Source: Mycolicibacterium smegmatis (GTDB lineage Bacteria; Actinomycetota; Actinomycetes; Mycobacteriales; Mycobacteriaceae). From it: a stretch of DNA of 32,000 bases. Each line of letters begins with the position of its first letter. The stretch's first letter is position 1. The stretch spans positions 120,001 through 152,000 of the forward strand of contig NZ_LN831039.1 of assembly GCF_001457595.1 (NCBI RefSeq), read 5' to 3'. A program made the translations under genes and the position numbers. Under the pieces are notes generated by a model. It saw only the letters and a list, made by a program, of their open reading frames with translations, did no database searches and was not told the origin of the DNA. Below, in pieces: positions 30,477 to 32,000 of this stretch.

Positions 30477-31481
30477 CTACAGCCAATCGCGGCGCTTGAA
30501 CATCACGTATAGCAGACCGACCAGGACGGCGATCAGCGCAGAGCTGGTGACAAATCCGGCCACTGTGTCTACTCCGGGATAGGTGACGTTCTGCCCGTAG
30601 AAGCCGGTGATGGCGGTCGGCACCGCGATGATCGCGGCCCATCCGGTCAGCTTCTTCATCACGGTGTTGAGGCGGGCGTCCTGCAGCGACAGATGGGTCT
30701 CGAACACCGTTGTCACCATGTCGCGCAGGGACTCTGTCCATTCCGATGCGCGCAGGACGTGGTCGTACAGGTCGGCGTAGAGCGGATCGAGTTCGGGGGA
30801 TGTCCGGGAGTCCAGCCTGCGGTGCTGGATGGTGCTGACCACCTCGCGCGTCGGCAGCACGACGCGGCGCAGTTCGACGAGGTCCTTGCGCAACCGGAAC
30901 GTGCGTCGTTGCAGGCCGTGGTTGGGGCCGCGGTCGTCGAACAGTTCGTCTTCGAGTCCCTCGATCGCGTCGTCGAGCGCTTCGACGGCCTCGAAGTGCC
31001 CGTCCACCACGACGTCGAGCAGTCCGTGCACCAGGGATCCGACGCCGTATCTCTGGCCGCCGAGGTCGTCGAAGCGTCGTGACACCTCGTGGATGTCGAA
31101 CTCGTGGGCGGCCCCGTCGAGGCCGGGCAACCGGACCGTGATCAGCCCGTGCGGCAACACGAACGCCGAGATGCGGTGCTTCACCAGAAGCGATCCGGTG
31201 CCGCCGCCGGAGCTGAGGATGTCGACGGCGTAGACCGTGAAGAACGTGTGGGTCTTGTACACCGAGGCCTTGGTGCGCTCCTTGGGTGCGACGGCATCTT
31301 CGACGGCCCAGGTGTTGAGCCCGAGTTCGGCCGCCAGGTCCAGCAGTGTCTGATGGTCCGGGTCGTAGATGTCGGCCCACACCAGCGTGTCGTCGTCGGC
31401 GAGATAGTCCGAGATGGCCGAGAACGAGAAATCCTCGGCCGACTGACCGGATCGCCAGACTCGGCCGTGCACCTGCGCCAT
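30477..31481 (-). CDS. CorA-like metal ion transporter (MIT superfamily)
   Basis: 334 aa from ATG 31481 (TTG 31493 alternative); C-terminal two TM helices with FYGQNVTYPG loop and ...YVMFKRRDWL terminus characteristic of CorA proteins. Confidence 0.88.
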   Translation of the reverse strand: MAQVHGRVWRSGQSAEDFSFSAISDYLADDDTLVWADIYDPDHQTLLDLAAELGLNTWAVEDAVAPKERTKASVYKTHTFFTVYAVDILSSGGGTGSLLVKHRISAFVLPHGLITVRLPGLDGAAHEFDIHEVSRRFDDLGGQRYGVGSLVHGLLDVVVDGHFEAVEALDDAIEGLEDELFDDRGPNHGLQRRTFRLRKDLVELRRVVLPTREVVSTIQHRRLDSRTSPELDPLYADLYDHVLRASEWTESLRDMVTTVFETHLSLQDARLNTVMKKLTGWAAIIAVPTAITGFYGQNVTYPGVDTVAGFVTSSALIAVLVGLLYVMFKRRDWL

Positions 31482-31562
31482 GCCGTGAGTCAACCACGCG
31501 AGAAAAACTCACGGCGATTCGAGATCTTCACGGAGTCGGCCGCCGTCGGTACGAATAGCCGG

Positions 31563-31601
31563 GTGAACACGACGCTGTCTGCCGACTGCTGCTGTTGCTG
31601 A
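31563..31601 (+). CDS. Short leader ORF encoding polycysteine peptide VNTTLSADCCCC (M at first position)
   Basis: GTG AAC ACG ACG CTG TCT GCC GAC TGC TGC TGT TGC TGA read directly; lies in the divergent intergenic region, 42 nt upstream of the GTG of the SsuC-like permease; TACGAAT -10-like sequence at 31550-31556; no SD ahead of the GTG, consistent with leaderless translation. Confidence 0.8.
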   Translation: MNTTLSADCCCC

Positions 31602-31640
31602 CGCAACGCCTCCCGTTCTCCCAGCAACAGAAAGTCGGCA
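31580..31640 (+). promoter_or_regulatory. Candidate cysteine-responsive translational attenuator hairpin
   Basis: Outer stem TGCCGAC (31580-31586)/GTCGGCA (31634-31640); inner stem CTGTTGCTG (31592-31600)/CAGCAACAG (31622-31630). 5' arms overlap the Cys codons of the leader ORF, 3' arms overlap the AGAAAG SD-like sequence of the permease. Competing stem GTTGC (31594-31598)/GCAAC (31603-31607). Confidence 0.7.
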
Positions 31641-31643
31641 ACC

Positions 31644-32000
31644 GTGTCTGTCTTCGTCGATATCGTGCCCCAGTCCGAGACGGATTCCCCGCGCCCCGCG
31701 GCGCCGTCCAACCGCGGGCGCGCCATCCTCACCAAGGCCCTGCTGCCGCTGCTGTCGGTCGCGGTGTTCTTCGCGGTGTGGCAGGCCGTCGCGGTGGCGG
31801 GCATCTGGAACCAGACCTTCGTGCCGTACCCCAGCGCGGTGTGGCGTGCGTTCATCGATCTGTCCACCACGCATGACGGTGTCCGCGGATACGCGGGGTA
31901 CCTGCTGGTCGAGCACCTGTACATGACACTGCGCCGTGTGGTGGCCGGTGTGGTGATCGGCGTGGTCCTCGGCGTGCTGCTGGGCCTGCTCATGGGTTCG
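31644..32000 (+). CDS. ABC transporter permease, SsuC/TauC-like (partial, 3' end outside the window)
   Basis: Frame from GTG 31644: VSVFVDIVPQSETDSPRPAAPSNRGRAILTKALLPLLSVAVFFAVWQAVAVAGIWNQTFVPYPSAVWRAFIDLSTTHDGVRGYAGYLLVEHLYMTLRRVVAGVVIGVVLGVLLGLLMGS; LPSPxxVW-like and HLxxTLxRVxxGxxxGxxxG patterns of this permease family. Confidence 0.85.
   Translation, partial: MSVFVDIVPQSETDSPRPAAPSNRGRAILTKALLPLLSVAVFFAVWQAVAVAGIWNQTFVPYPSAVWRAFIDLSTTHDGVRGYAGYLLVEHLYMTLRRVVAGVVIGVVLGVLLGLLMGS

Noticed and set aside
31607-31643. Whether the attenuator could be an intrinsic transcription terminator (rho-independent)
   Set aside because: There is no U-tract after the 3' arms; AACC-GTG follows directly, so translational masking of the RBS (or Rho-dependent control) is favoured.

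Overview
High-GC actinobacterial chromosomal DNA, most consistent with a fast-growing Mycobacterium/Mycolicibacterium (M. smegmatis-like; organism call is inference from protein content and gene order). Left edge: end of an ESX-1 locus (eccE1 partial, mycP1). Next comes a fructose PTS locus (fruR-fruK-fruA-ptsH on -, ptsI divergent on +), then pirin, a FUSC membrane protein, two divergent TetR regulators, and a tandem pair of TIGR00027/COG3315-type SAM methyltransferases. These are followed by a small exported peptide, SDR, quinone oxidoreductase, class I methyltransferase, DUF456 membrane protein, YceI-like protein, ptpB-fadE2, an MFS transporter, a LysR regulator, a NarL-type two-component pair and a LCP protein. 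The right part is a corA-like/pntA/pntB/acyl-CoA dehydrogenase operon on -, and the start of a SsuC/TauC-like ABC permease on +. No tRNA, rRNA, CRISPR or mobile element was recognised. The strongest hidden signal is an unannotated 12-codon ORF at 31563-31601 (V-N-T-T-L-S-A-D-C-C-C-C-stop) just upstream of the ABC permease. Its four consecutive Cys codons are embedded in a two-stem inverted repeat (7 bp + 9 bp) whose 3' arms flank the putative ribosome-binding site of the permease gene. This has the architecture of a leaderless polycysteine attenuator controlling sulfur acquisition. Other regulatory signals: a perfect 8-1-8 palindrome 1 nt before the first methyltransferase start codon, an 8-bp inverted repeat upstream of the small exported peptide, a 7-bp hairpin before the SDR RBS, and tandem TGTGTTG repeats in the fruR/ptsI divergent promoter.
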